This document shows positions 7,031 to 17,743 of a stretch of 64,000 nucleotides of DNA, piece by piece. Origin of the DNA: an uncultured archaeon (GTDB lineage Archaea > Iainarchaeota > Iainarchaeia > Iainarchaeales > JAAZKV01); the NCBI GenBank assembly GCA_964549775.1, contig CAZJVN010000001.1, positions 21,028 to 85,027 of the forward strand, written 5' to 3'. Numbering within the stretch: the stretch's first letter is position 1; each line of letters starts with the position of its first letter. A model generated the notes under the pieces. That model was given only the letters and a program-made list of their open reading frames with translations. It did no database searches and was not told the origin of the DNA. Both the position numbers and the translations under genes were made by a program.

Positions 7031-10000
7031 ATGGTTGGAAATGAGATTTTTCAAAAAATAACCACTTCTATTCAAAATTTTTATTACGCTTTAGAAGACA
7101 AATGGTACAATGTTCTTGACAAAATTGATCCAAAAGTACCAGTATACAAAATAATTGACCCAATTGACAAATTTGTTCCAAGTTTTGTACTATTTTTACT
7201 TTTTTTATTTTTTCTAATCTTACTTGCAGGATATTTAATTAGATTTTCTTCTCCCTACGAAGTAACTTTCACTATTAGTGATGCAAGTAATAACACAAAA
7301 CTTTCAGGAGTACAATTAAGTGGAGCAATTAATGAAAATGAGTTCAAACAAGTAATTACGGACAGTAAAGGAATAGCAACTGTTCAAACAATTGGATCAA
7401 AAAAGAATTTTTATGATATTTTAGCAGCAATCTTTTTTGGAAGTAAAGATCTTTTTATCGCACAGCTTTCAGTAAAAAAAGAAAATTATGTTCCTTGGGA
7501 AAATAAAATTGTTACTTTAGAAGGAAAAACTTATGAAATTGCTTTAAGTAAAGTTCCACAAGAACCTGTAAAATTTAAAGGGGTTGCAGTTGTTGAATTA
7601 TTAGATAAAGATACTCTTCAAAAAATAGTTGATCTTACTGGTTCTTCTTTTATTCAATATGATTGTAAAAACATAAAAATTGCAGGAGCTCCAATAACAG
7701 TTAAAGATGATAGTGACGGAGCAATTGATGGTTCATTTAAACTTGCAAAAGATAATTGTGAATTTATTATAACTAATGCGAGTGCTCCTGGATACGAGTC
7801 TTTAGGAATTTCAGTAAACCTCGACCCTACAAAAGATAAGCACAAAATTTCTTTACAAAAACAATCAGCTGATGAGGGGATTGCTAATGTTTTTGTTTAT
7901 GAATTAAAAGGATCAGAAAAAAAAGCAATTCCCGGGATAAAAGTGTTTTTTAATAAAATTAACACTAATGATTATTCTTTTACTAATAGTTCAGGGGTTG
8001 CACAAAAAACTTTAACTACAGGAGAATATGTAATAACAATTAATGATGAAAATTATTATCCAATAACTCAAACTTCAAACAAAAAAATCATTATTACAAA
8101 AGCCTCTTCTTCTACAATTGAAATTCAATTAACCTTTTTACCCCTAGCTCTAAGAAGATATGTTTACTTTAAAGTAATTGATTCAAACAGTCTTGCAATA
8201 GCGAATGCAAGTGTGTCTTTGATCGAATTACAAAAAGATAAGAATGGAAATTATTTTGGTGCAGATCTCAATTCAAACACAATTCATTACACTCCACTTA
8301 TAACAAATCTAACTGACACTAATGGTTTATTTAGACAACATGGTTTTACTGATACTAACATAAAAGTAATTGCGATTGTTAAAAAAGCTGGGTATTTAAA
8401 TAAAGTATTTTTAGCACAAATAGTAAAATACGATGCAACTTATGAAGTTGTAACTTTAGAAAAATTAGTTCCAGAAAATACTGCTTCTGCAAATATTATT
8501 GTTAAAGAAAAAGATACTAACAAAAGTATTTTTGGAGCAAATGCTTACTTATATTATTCTGCAACAATTGGAGGAGTATTTATAAAAAATATTCCAATAA
8601 CTCAACAAGGAGTAAAAACTGATTATTTAGGGAACGCAAAATACCAATATTTGATTCCTGGAAATTATTCTGCAGGAGCAGATGTAGAAAATAATTATTT
8701 TTCAGGAATTAGTGAAGAAAAATTCATTGATATTAATCAAACAAAAGATTTCAATATATTTGTTAAACTAAATGCAAGTTTGATTTCTTTTAGATTAATT
8801 AATGCTGTTACAAAAAACCCAATAGTTGGAATTATTGAAGTCTACTATTTGAGTGGTTCTTCAAAAGTTCTTATTGAAACTCTAACTACTACAAATAGCG
8901 GATTTGTTAAAAGTAATTTTGCTTTCAAAAAAACTGATAATTTATATTTAGTTGGAAAATCACCAGGGTACGCTAATGGATTTATGTACCATAATGGAAG
9001 TAGTTATCCACTTGCTATTGGCGAAAATAATTTTAGTGTTAAATTGTACCCAAAAAGTGCACTTGATTATAACAATGGAGGTCCTAGTGAAAGGAATACT
9101 TATACCATAGATAATAACCAGCTTTGTTTGAAATCTCCAACAGAAAATAGATGTTTAGACATAACTAACTTAAATGAGAATTATTCTAATGGAATAAAAG
9201 TTGGAAATTTTAGTTGTAATTTACAAACAGATAACTCAATTATTTGCAATAATAATTTGAGGTATTATTATTCTTCAAGAGTGAATATGTTTTTTGATAA
9301 TATTTATTCAACAACTGATAACCATCTTTCAGGATACTCTACTGCAGATTCTTTAGAGCCCGGAAGTTCTTATTCAGCAGTATTTGATGTAGTTGTAGAC
9401 GGAAATGTAAGTTACAGTGAATTATTGTCAATGATTCGACTTGAAGGGGCTGGAAAAATAACAAACATTTTGCCAGACATTTCTCCAAGAACTGGTCAAT
9501 TTGGACACAAATGTGATAACTCTTCACTAGATGGAAACATTAGAACTAGACCTGACAGTTATTATTATCCTACAAGCAGTAGTTGTAATTCTATTGGTGG
9601 AACAGATTCAATAATTGCAAGCATTAAGTGGGCACAAAATCCTTTACCAAAAGGGTCTTATACAGTTAGAGTAAATTTTAAAATAAATGCGAACTCTGAT
9701 GATGAACCATTAAATTTTTATTATCGAGCTAAAGAAAAGAGTCAAAATGGTTCAACTGAAACACTTTTAATGAGTAGACAATTTACTGTTGGAGAAATTT
9801 TAGGAACCGGAATTTATTATAGAATAAATAATAATGGGAAAAATATTATTGTTAAAGAGTCAAGTAATATTAGTTCAAACAATAGATTACTATTTGTTGA
9901 AGACGATGTTAACCCGTTAAGAATTTCTTTAATTAACAGACTTGAAAATTCTCTCTCAAATGCTACACTAACTCTGTATTCTTATTATGGAGATCCTTCT

Positions 10001-12127
10001 TCATTTAATATTTCTTCAAATGGTTCAGGAGATTTATTTTTTGGGTCAGACAAATTGAAAAAAGTTGTTCTTGGAACAAATATTAATTTACCTTCAAAAA
10101 CAAATCAAGAATTTTCTGTTAATGGGTACATTAACAAAAATAGTTCTTCTTGGATGGTTTTAACTCTAACTAGTGGTTCAGCAAGAATTAGTACTGTTTT
10201 TGTAATGGTTACAAGTGAATCAAGTTTATTAGAATTAAAAGATGCTTGCTTTTTAGCAGGAGTAAGTGGACAAGATTTGTACTTAAGATTTGGAACAAAA
10301 TACGGACAAGACAGTATTAGTATCCCAAGTGCAGAAATAAACATTTACAAGAATTGTGATACTGCTCCAAGATCTTTTTCAGAGCAAAAATTAATCCAAT
10401 CAAATACTGGTTCAATTAATACTACTCTTGACGAAAATAAAAGTTATGTTTATGGAAAAGATTGTTTGGAATATAAAATAAATGCTAAAGAGGGAACTTA
10501 TATTTATCCCGAACTTAGTGGAAAAATAATGGCTGGTTCTTGTGGGACTCCTGATCCTGAACTTGCTTGTCTTAGTGTTGATTTGATTTATGAAAATCAA
10601 AATGAAAGTCAAGGATTAATTACAATGGATTGGGACAAGAAAGCAACTATGAGAATTTCAAATCGTTCTTGTTCTGGACCAATAGATGTTGTAATTGAAA
10701 GTGGACTTATTTGTAAAATTGATGGTAAAAATTGTACTGCTCCAACCACAATTAATCAAAAAGCAACAAAAGATTTTGAAATAACTTCAAAGAATGTTAA
10801 TTATATTCCAAGTGAAATGCCAAACTTTAGTGATGTTTTAGGATATTACCCAGTGTATGTTAAAGCTAAATTAACTAATAATCCAAGAAAAGTTTATTCA
10901 ATCGCTAAAACAACAAATATTAGTATCTATAATAGTAAAAGTTGTTTTGCAATTTCAAAAGATTACTTTGATTTCCTTTCTTCAAACGAAGATTCTCCTT
11001 TCGAACTAAAAAATGAATGCCAATACACTTTAATTGGAGATTATTTTGTTCCAAAAGCAAATCTAAGTGCATTTGGTTATGATTTAAATTTAAACATTCC
11101 AATTTACTCAACAGTTCAATTTAAACCTAAACTTTTTATCACTGGTGCACCTTACCGAGTAGAGCAAAGAACTGAAACAGTTTCTTATTGGTTAAATAGC
11201 AAAATTATTGAGGATAGTGAAATTGAATCAGTTACAGTCCCTGGAGAAGATTATGTTAGATATGAAACTTATAATTTTGATTTAACTCAAACTCAAGGAA
11301 AAACTGATAAAATAAAAATAAAATTCAAGGACTTTAATTTTGATATTTACGATTTTGAGGAAGTAACCTCTTCTTTTGATGGAGGCTACCAATATTCAAG
11401 ATTTGCTTATGGGATGGCAATTGACGGAAATATTAAAGTTACTTTCAAGGATGGAAATTCAATTTTTATAAAACCTAGTAAAAATTTTAACATAACTAAT
11501 GCGCCAATTTGTACAAATGTTTCCGCTGAAAACAATGTGGAAAGTTGTAGAATAATTAATTCATTTTTAGACACTACTGAAGACAGGGTTGAAAAAGATA
11601 AAAACTTTGTGAGTGGAGAGTTGATTATCAAATTACCTACAAAGAAAACAATTGATTATATTGATTTTAATATTATTGGTAATCCCATCATGAGTAATTT
11701 AACTGTTAGTTTAAGCACTTTCCAATCAATTGACATGAATATTCCTTATTATGTATTAACAGATACTGATGTAAATTATACTATTGATTTAATCGACAAC
11801 AATAAAGAAATAGCTGCTATTGAAGGAATAGAATACTTAATCAAATCGTTTGATGACATAAACGCTTTTAGAAGCGGAATATTTTCTTCATTACACAATC
11901 CAAAAGTGTACATTATTTCAGGAAATCCTTTAGTTTCTGTTTGGATTGAAGGAGATTTAGTTAAAGCAAAATTCGTTGGACAAGACGTTGCACGATTTAA
12001 TAATGGAAAAATTGACGCTACATTAATTCAAGATTTTGCGCAAGGAAATAGTTTAGGGATAGTTGAAATTACAGATTATGTTTATCAAGTTCCAGGAAAA
12101 ACAATTAGTGGGGTTAATCAAAATTAA
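7031..12127 (+). CDS. Giant (1698 aa) membrane-anchored extracellular protein, probable cell-surface / S-layer-like or adhesin protein
   Basis: About 50-aa N-terminal segment then one hydrophobic helix (FVLFLLFLFFLILLAGYLI). The rest is N/S/T/Y-rich with dozens of N-x-S/T sequons and scattered Cys pairs. No enzymatic motif. Confidence 0.75.
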   Translation: MVGNEIFQKITTSIQNFYYALEDKWYNVLDKIDPKVPVYKIIDPIDKFVPSFVLFLLFLFFLILLAGYLIRFSSPYEVTFTISDASNNTKLSGVQLSGAINENEFKQVITDSKGIATVQTIGSKKNFYDILAAIFFGSKDLFIAQLSVKKENYVPWENKIVTLEGKTYEIALSKVPQEPVKFKGVAVVELLDKDTLQKIVDLTGSSFIQYDCKNIKIAGAPITVKDDSDGAIDGSFKLAKDNCEFIITNASAPGYESLGISVNLDPTKDKHKISLQKQSADEGIANVFVYELKGSEKKAIPGIKVFFNKINTNDYSFTNSSGVAQKTLTTGEYVITINDENYYPITQTSNKKIIITKASSSTIEIQLTFLPLALRRYVYFKVIDSNSLAIANASVSLIELQKDKNGNYFGADLNSNTIHYTPLITNLTDTNGLFRQHGFTDTNIKVIAIVKKAGYLNKVFLAQIVKYDATYEVVTLEKLVPENTASANIIVKEKDTNKSIFGANAYLYYSATIGGVFIKNIPITQQGVKTDYLGNAKYQYLIPGNYSAGADVENNYFSGISEEKFIDINQTKDFNIFVKLNASLISFRLINAVTKNPIVGIIEVYYLSGSSKVLIETLTTTNSGFVKSNFAFKKTDNLYLVGKSPGYANGFMYHNGSSYPLAIGENNFSVKLYPKSALDYNNGGPSERNTYTIDNNQLCLKSPTENRCLDITNLNENYSNGIKVGNFSCNLQTDNSIICNNNLRYYYSSRVNMFFDNIYSTTDNHLSGYSTADSLEPGSSYSAVFDVVVDGNVSYSELLSMIRLEGAGKITNILPDISPRTGQFGHKCDNSSLDGNIRTRPDSYYYPTSSSCNSIGGTDSIIASIKWAQNPLPKGSYTVRVNFKINANSDDEPLNFYYRAKEKSQNGSTETLLMSRQFTVGEILGTGIYYRINNNGKNIIVKESSNISSNNRLLFVEDDVNPLRISLINRLENSLSNATLTLYSYYGDPSSFNISSNGSGDLFFGSDKLKKVVLGTNINLPSKTNQEFSVNGYINKNSSSWMVLTLTSGSARISTVFVMVTSESSLLELKDACFLAGVSGQDLYLRFGTKYGQDSISIPSAEINIYKNCDTAPRSFSEQKLIQSNTGSINTTLDENKSYVYGKDCLEYKINAKEGTYIYPELSGKIMAGSCGTPDPELACLSVDLIYENQNESQGLITMDWDKKATMRISNRSCSGPIDVVIESGLICKIDGKNCTAPTTINQKATKDFEITSKNVNYIPSEMPNFSDVLGYYPVYVKAKLTNNPRKVYSIAKTTNISIYNSKSCFAISKDYFDFLSSNEDSPFELKNECQYTLIGDYFVPKANLSAFGYDLNLNIPIYSTVQFKPKLFITGAPYRVEQRTETVSYWLNSKIIEDSEIESVTVPGEDYVRYETYNFDLTQTQGKTDKIKIKFKDFNFDIYDFEEVTSSFDGGYQYSRFAYGMAIDGNIKVTFKDGNSIFIKPSKNFNITNAPICTNVSAENNVESCRIINSFLDTTEDRVEKDKNFVSGELIIKLPTKKTIDYIDFNIIGNPIMSNLTVSLSTFQSIDMNIPYYVLTDTDVNYTIDLIDNNKEIAAIEGIEYLIKSFDDINAFRSGIFSSLHNPKVYIISGNPLVSVWIEGDLVKAKFVGQDVARFNNGKIDATLIQDFAQGNSLGIVEITDYVYQVPGKTISGVNQN

Positions 12128-12190
12128 TTAAAAAAAGCATGATTAAATAGACATTAAGTGATATATGTTAGTTATTGTTTTGGTGAAAGA

Positions 12191-13858
12191 ATGTTAAAAA
12201 AGTATATTGTTTTGTTGTTAGCAATTCTGCTAATCTGCCCAGTAATATTTTCGCAAGACAATAATAACACTTACTGGGATGGATTTATTAAAATCCATTT
12301 AGATAAACCTGAATTTGATTTAAATGAAAACATTACTGGAACTCTAACTGTAAACAATTTAGAAAATTACCCCCTACTTGGAGGAAAAGTAATTTTAAAT
12401 ATTGCTCAAGGGGAATACAGTTATCCTTCAGAATTTAATAAAAGCAATATTGTTTATGAAAGCACTATTGATTCAATTTGGAGTTTACCAATTTATTCCA
12501 ATGTAATAAATTTTTCTTTACCAAGTCAAGCAAGTGGGGAATATAGAGTGGACGCTTATTTTGAAGTAGGAAAATCAGCTCTTTCTGGATCAAACAATAC
12601 TTTACTAGGTGCAGTTTGGAAAAACTTTTCAGTAAAAGGAACTGATAAAAAAAGAGTGATAATTGATAGAGAAAAAACTTTTTTTGGAGAATATAATGTG
12701 GGGCAAAGAGGCTTTTCTGTTAATAGTGAAGAAAGCGTATCGGGAAAAGTTGTTGTAAAAAATGAATCTAGTGAAAGAAAAACTAATTTAGAGTTATTAA
12801 TTAGTTTTTGTGATTGGGATGTGAGTTATTGTAATACTGAAACAAAAGCAAATAAGTTTACTATTGATTCTATTGAAGCAAATGAAGAAAAAGAAATACA
12901 AGTTGATCTAATTGCTCCAAGTAAAGCTTCACAATATGAAATTAACTTGAAAATTACTAGTGGGGAGTTTATTGAATCAATTTATAAAAATCAAGTAAAC
13001 GTTAATGGAGAAACTGCGAAAATAAAAAAGATATTTATGACAGGACTTGAAAATAATGATTATTCATTTAATGCTCTAATTATTGGAAATACTACTCAAA
13101 CAAATTCGACATTAAATAATTTCATAACAAAATTAGTGTTATTTAGAGAAAATTCAATAGTTGAAGAGTTGACAGAAAATATTGGGACAATGAGTAATGA
13201 TGAATTGATTAAAAAGAATTTCAAAATTAATTCTAGGGACTTTGATAAAGTTTGTTTAACAATAGAAAAAGGAACTGAATTAATAGATGAAGAATGTTTT
13301 AATGTTAATTTAATTGAGTTAACAAAAGCTCATGAAATTAGATTTCCAAATTTTGTTAATGTAGTTTACAATTATGATGAAAAAAATGAAACATTATCAA
13401 TTACTCTAAAGAAAAATGTGATTAATTCAAGAGTTAGAATTATTTCAAAAAGCGAAGTATTATTTGAAGAAGAAGTTTTAGAACAATCAAACATTTATTC
13501 AAAAAGTATTTCTTTACCAAAAGTGACTGCTCAACTTGTAGTTGATGATTGGGATGCAAAAAGACAACAAGTATTTGATTTAGTACTAGACGAAACAGTT
13601 GATGTTAGAGAAACTAGTGAAGTCACTTTGGAAACTAATCAATATATTTGTCAAGAAAACCTTTGTACTGAAGGATTTACTTGTTCAGGAAAAAGTTATG
13701 AAGCAATTGGTGGGATTTGTTGTTTAAGTGAATGTGTTCCTGAGTCAAAAATAGGAAATTCAGAGCTAGTACTACCTTTAATATTTTTTATTGCAATAAT
13801 TATTTTAATAATAGCAGTGTTTGTTATAAGATCAACAATTAAGCGGGTGAAAAAATGA
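12191..13858 (+). CDS. Secreted protein (about 555 aa) with N-terminal signal peptide and C-terminal TM anchor plus basic tail
   Basis: Likely start ATG 12191 (MLKKYIVLLLAILLICPVIFSQ, signal peptide). C-terminus has a Cys-rich patch CQENLCTEGFTCSG..GGICCLSECVP, then LVLPLIFFIAIIILIIAVFVI-RSTIKRVKK. 30-nt gap after the previous gene. Confidence 0.7.
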   Translation: MLKKYIVLLLAILLICPVIFSQDNNNTYWDGFIKIHLDKPEFDLNENITGTLTVNNLENYPLLGGKVILNIAQGEYSYPSEFNKSNIVYESTIDSIWSLPIYSNVINFSLPSQASGEYRVDAYFEVGKSALSGSNNTLLGAVWKNFSVKGTDKKRVIIDREKTFFGEYNVGQRGFSVNSEESVSGKVVVKNESSERKTNLELLISFCDWDVSYCNTETKANKFTIDSIEANEEKEIQVDLIAPSKASQYEINLKITSGEFIESIYKNQVNVNGETAKIKKIFMTGLENNDYSFNALIIGNTTQTNSTLNNFITKLVLFRENSIVEELTENIGTMSNDELIKKNFKINSRDFDKVCLTIEKGTELIDEECFNVNLIELTKAHEIRFPNFVNVVYNYDEKNETLSITLKKNVINSRVRIISKSEVLFEEEVLEQSNIYSKSISLPKVTAQLVVDDWDAKRQQVFDLVLDETVDVRETSEVTLETNQYICQENLCTEGFTCSGKSYEAIGGICCLSECVPESKIGNSELVLPLIFFIAIIILIIAVFVIRSTIKRVKK

Positions 13859-16560
13859 ATTACAAAAAAATAACTTTAATATTTTTCACTTTAATTATTT
13901 TTATTTCTTTAATAAGTTTTTCTCTGGCCTGGTATGCTACAGGTTGTGCAGGTTCTGGTGGGTGTAGAAATGTTTGTAACACTGGAGGAAATGGAAATAG
14001 AAATTGTTGTTCAGGAAGGAATTGGGTTTATTGTGAAGATCATGATGATGGATGTGGAAGAAATGATAACAAATGGATGTATAATATTCTTCAAACAAAC
14101 TCTCCATTATGTGGAGGTGGAGGAACTCCTGACACCGGACCAGTTTGCCCAGGAACTGGCGGTTGTGTTAATTTGGGTATTGTAAATGTAGACCCGGTTA
14201 GGGTAACTACTGAACAATGCCTCATCTCAGAAAATATGACTTTGAATGGAACCACATATTCTTTATTTGGAACTCCTGGATTTAGTTTAACTTTAACTGG
14301 ATTTGATTATTTTAAATGGGACCCTTCAGGAAACACTAAAACATTTTATATGTTAAATATAACTTCAACTACTGATTCAACAAAAAAAGTTTGGAAAACT
14401 AATGTTGCAAATAACGGACCATCAGTAAATTCAACAAAAAGAGCATGCACCACTGACGGTGCTGGATGTACTGTTGCCGGCCATTCATTAGGACAAGGAA
14501 CTTTCCCAAGAATAACCTATGTTTTCACAGACAATAATATAGGAGGTTTTAATTATAATTTAAGTAGAATTGCTAACTCTATACCAGAAACATTTAATTC
14601 CTGGGTGGGACCGGCCGGAATTGTTTCTGAAAAAGAATCGAATGTTTACATTGGCCTTCCTTCATTAGTAATTATGGGACCAACTGATGTTAATACAGGT
14701 TTTTTTGAAAAAAGTGGACAATATGAAAAGAAATTATTTTTCAACTTAATAAACACCTCTCCGCTAGACCTAAATTTAGAAAATTATAGACTAATTTGTA
14801 ATGGGGTCGGAGTAAGTTGTAGTATGGATCCAAATTATGCCGGATTTCAAATACCTAAATTAAATGGAGATTTAATTTTAACTGGAACTTTAAGAGTAGA
14901 CAAAAATAAGTTACCTACTACAGTTGGATTTGTTCTTGATGTTAATTATACTGTTCCTGCATTAAAAGATAAAGATTGTGGGGATTATTATACAGGAAAA
15001 ATTAGTACCTCTCTAAAACCAACTTTATTAAAATTGGGTTTAATGGATAAACAAAAATTCCAAGTCGGATTAATTTCAGAAAGTGATTCAACAAATTGTG
15101 TTGGAGAAAACGGAATGATAGGACAAACAGGAGAAGATTTTGTCCCAAGAGTAAATGTTGGATTTGGAGGAACCATTGATTCAAACAAAAAATTAATTTC
15201 TATTAATGAATGTGATACTTATGATATTAATGGAAGTCCTAATCCAAATTGGGTTTATTGTTCAAGAAAAGAATTTTTAGTTGAACTTGCAAGAAAAATT
15301 GACATTGCTTGGACAATACAAAAAACAATTAATGATTACAAACAATCGCCAAGTACTAGTGATGATTTACTAATAGAAGATTTAGAACTAGAAAAACAAA
15401 AATACTTATCGTTTGAAACAAATATTAGAAAACAATCTTTGTCAAAAGAAAATGTTTTAGCTTCAATAACTAATTTAAATTCAATACTTAATTCGCTAAC
15501 TGTTCAAACAGGTTTAGAAAATTTTGGAACACAAGATAAAATCAAACAAGCTACAAGATTAACAAATTTGTTTTCAAATGTTAATTTTACCTCTCTTGGC
15601 GGAGAGTATTTTGGAGAAATGCCTACTGGGACTTACAAAGTCAATATAAAATTGAGAGACATGAACATTAATACTCCTGATTTGTTTGAAACTGACGATA
15701 AATTGAATCCAAAGATTTCAATAAGTGTAGACTTTAGTACTTTACCAGTTGCACCAGAACTTAATTGGTTCTTTTATGATTATGCTGATGAAGATTTTAG
15801 CACTTTAACTAGCAAACCTCAATTAAACAATTTTAATAGTGTAAATATTATGAATAGGGGAAAATTATTTTCAATTAATCATGATCCAAATAACACCTCA
15901 CCAAGATTTGATTATAATTTTTACCCAAATTATGCTGTCCCTCTTTTTGTTAGATTAAAAACTGACACAAACGGAGATATGAACAATACTTTTTCTACAA
16001 ACATTACCGAACCTATTTATAATTTTAGTTATTGGACTGGATTTGCAAGTAGTTCTGAAGATGGATGTGAAAATATTGCTTCAGAGGAATTAACCACAAA
16101 TTCTGCTTTAATGCCTTATAGAGAAAGTGATTCTGTGAAGACTTTTGGTTCAAACGACTTTTATTTTCCTCAATTTGAGAACAACAAACCAAATAGTACA
16201 ATTTATTTAGAAACTATTTTGTTCTGGCCAAGCACAACAAATGATACAAAAACCATTAATTCACCTTTTGAAATTTACACCAACAATAATTTAAATAATT
16301 CAAAAAACAATGTGATTGTAAATAATATTGTTGAAACTGGAGAAAATAGTTTTTACATAAACAATATTGAGAGAATGTTTGATGCAATTAAAGATGAAAA
16401 GGTTTGTGTATACCAAGGAGTTAGTGCTGTTACAACTAATTGGACTTTGTTTTGGAATACAAAAAAGATTTATGATTCTATTAGTGACCTTAAGATAAAT
16501 GTAATTGAAGAAAATGATGATGCTACTATTTGTGAATCAAGAGAAGCACTTGGTGGATAA
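13855..16560 (+). CDS. Large (901 aa) secreted/surface protein with Cys/Gly-rich N-terminal module
   Basis: Start overlaps previous stop (ATGA). N-terminal TM/signal then CAGSGGCRNVCNTGGNGNRNCCSGRNWVYCEDHDDGCGRN..CGGGGTPDTGPVCPGTGGC, followed by an N/T/S-rich body with many N-x-S/T sequons. Confidence 0.7.
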   Translation: MNYKKITLIFFTLIIFISLISFSLAWYATGCAGSGGCRNVCNTGGNGNRNCCSGRNWVYCEDHDDGCGRNDNKWMYNILQTNSPLCGGGGTPDTGPVCPGTGGCVNLGIVNVDPVRVTTEQCLISENMTLNGTTYSLFGTPGFSLTLTGFDYFKWDPSGNTKTFYMLNITSTTDSTKKVWKTNVANNGPSVNSTKRACTTDGAGCTVAGHSLGQGTFPRITYVFTDNNIGGFNYNLSRIANSIPETFNSWVGPAGIVSEKESNVYIGLPSLVIMGPTDVNTGFFEKSGQYEKKLFFNLINTSPLDLNLENYRLICNGVGVSCSMDPNYAGFQIPKLNGDLILTGTLRVDKNKLPTTVGFVLDVNYTVPALKDKDCGDYYTGKISTSLKPTLLKLGLMDKQKFQVGLISESDSTNCVGENGMIGQTGEDFVPRVNVGFGGTIDSNKKLISINECDTYDINGSPNPNWVYCSRKEFLVELARKIDIAWTIQKTINDYKQSPSTSDDLLIEDLELEKQKYLSFETNIRKQSLSKENVLASITNLNSILNSLTVQTGLENFGTQDKIKQATRLTNLFSNVNFTSLGGEYFGEMPTGTYKVNIKLRDMNINTPDLFETDDKLNPKISISVDFSTLPVAPELNWFFYDYADEDFSTLTSKPQLNNFNSVNIMNRGKLFSINHDPNNTSPRFDYNFYPNYAVPLFVRLKTDTNGDMNNTFSTNITEPIYNFSYWTGFASSSEDGCENIASEELTTNSALMPYRESDSVKTFGSNDFYFPQFENNKPNSTIYLETILFWPSTTNDTKTINSPFEIYTNNNLNNSKNNVIVNNIVETGENSFYINNIERMFDAIKDEKVCVYQGVSAVTTNWTLFWNTKKIYDSISDLKINVIEENDDATICESREALGG

Positions 16561-16566
16561 AAAAAT

Positions 16567-17364
16567 TTAAACAAAAAGCGCTAAGTAAATTAAAAATAGT
16601 GCTAGAACTATTATAAGTAAAATTATTGTTTTTGTTGAAAAGAAACTTAAATCAATTTTTATTTTTGGAATAATTCTTTTAGATTCATTACCTTCTTCAT
16701 TTTTATCTTTTTTTGTAATAGATTCTTTTGTATCTGAAAAGAATTCTTTAGTATAAACTAACCAATTTTTTGGTTTTTTTAAATCGCTAAGAGTGCTTTT
16801 TGTTAATTCCACAATTCCTTTTTCTCTACTAGGAATTTTTTCTAACCCTTCAATTTTTTCATCAACTGCATTTATTTTTAAGTCAAATTCACTTTCGCCC
16901 ATCTTTATTTTTGTTAAATAAAAACCCAAAAGTACTTTTCTTACACTAGTAATTATTACGTTTTGTTTTGGAACATCAAAATAGTCTGCAGTTTTTAGTT
17001 GTATAACTTCGTGTTGTTGTTTTCTGTCAATATTATTCCATTTTTCTTCAAATTTTTCTTTAGGTATTGTTTGAATTGATTTTTTCCAAGTGTATTTAAT
17101 TAAATCTGTAAGTTTTTCTTCGATTTTTATTTTGTGTGCATTTATTACAAGTACTCCATCATGAGTTTCGTTTATTACTCCTTTAGCACTATTTTTGTGT
17201 TCAGTATAATAGTGATAATTGTATAAAAGATAAGGCACTAGAATTAGTGTTGGTTTTTCTATTTCAAACTCGTGCCAATCTTTTTTTTCTAATGCTTCTT
17301 TTATTTTTTGATTTATTTTAGGTATTGAAGCATTTAAGGGTAACAATGGATTACTTAAGTACAT
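16567..17364 (-). CDS. Hypothetical tail-anchored membrane protein (265 aa), co-directional with and immediately downstream of SepF
   Basis: Soluble K/E-rich body and a single C-terminal TM (TIILLIIVLALFLIYLALFV) at the extreme C-terminus. 20-nt gap to SepF. Confidence 0.5.
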   Translation of the reverse strand: MYLSNPLLPLNASIPKINQKIKEALEKKDWHEFEIEKPTLILVPYLLYNYHYYTEHKNSAKGVINETHDGVLVINAHKIKIEEKLTDLIKYTWKKSIQTIPKEKFEEKWNNIDRKQQHEVIQLKTADYFDVPKQNVIITSVRKVLLGFYLTKIKMGESEFDLKINAVDEKIEGLEKIPSREKGIVELTKSTLSDLKKPKNWLVYTKEFFSDTKESITKKDKNEEGNESKRIIPKIKIDLSFFSTKTIILLIIVLALFLIYLALFV

Positions 17365-17383
17365 GCATCCACTGTCCTCTTAA

Positions 17384-17713
17384 TTATTTTTTCTTAATTA
17401 TTTTTACTTTTGCAGGAGTAACTAAAAGTCTTTCTTGAGAGATTGCTGCCATGTCTCCGTCAATCTTTTTTATTTCTCCTTTTATTATTGAAATTAATTC
17501 TCTTAATTTAGTTGCGTTTCTCTTTTTCAAATCTGCTATATTTACTAAAACAATGTTTCCTGCTTTTGCTTCGTTTATTACTGCAGAAGCATCTGCTTCA
17601 ACAATTAAGTCCATTGGTTTAACAAATGCATCAGCATTTTCGTAAGATTCCTCTTCAACTTGATCCATATTATTTAATACGTCTTCTAAGTCAACTGACT
17701 CAGGTTTTGCCAT
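17384..17713 (-). CDS. sepF: Cell division protein SepF homolog (DUF552)
   Basis: Core ..DLIVEADASAVINEAKAGNIVLVNIADLKKRNATKLRELISIIKGEIKKIDGDMAAISQERLLVTP matches the SepF domain pattern (..KaGn.V.vNl..l......R.iDfl.G...algG.i.kI.e..fLftP). ATG at 17713 is preferred over the listed GTG at 17743. Confidence 0.7.
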   Translation of the reverse strand: MAKPESVDLEDVLNNMDQVEEESYENADAFVKPMDLIVEADASAVINEAKAGNIVLVNIADLKKRNATKLRELISIIKGEIKKIDGDMAAISQERLLVTPAKVKIIKKK

Positions 17714-17743
17714 TACATTACTAAAAAAACCCAAAATAACCAC

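Noticed and set aside
13934-14185. 83-aa ORF in an alternative frame within the 901-aa surface-protein gene
   Set aside because: Embedded in a longer well-supported ORF. Begins with a non-ATG start. No motif.
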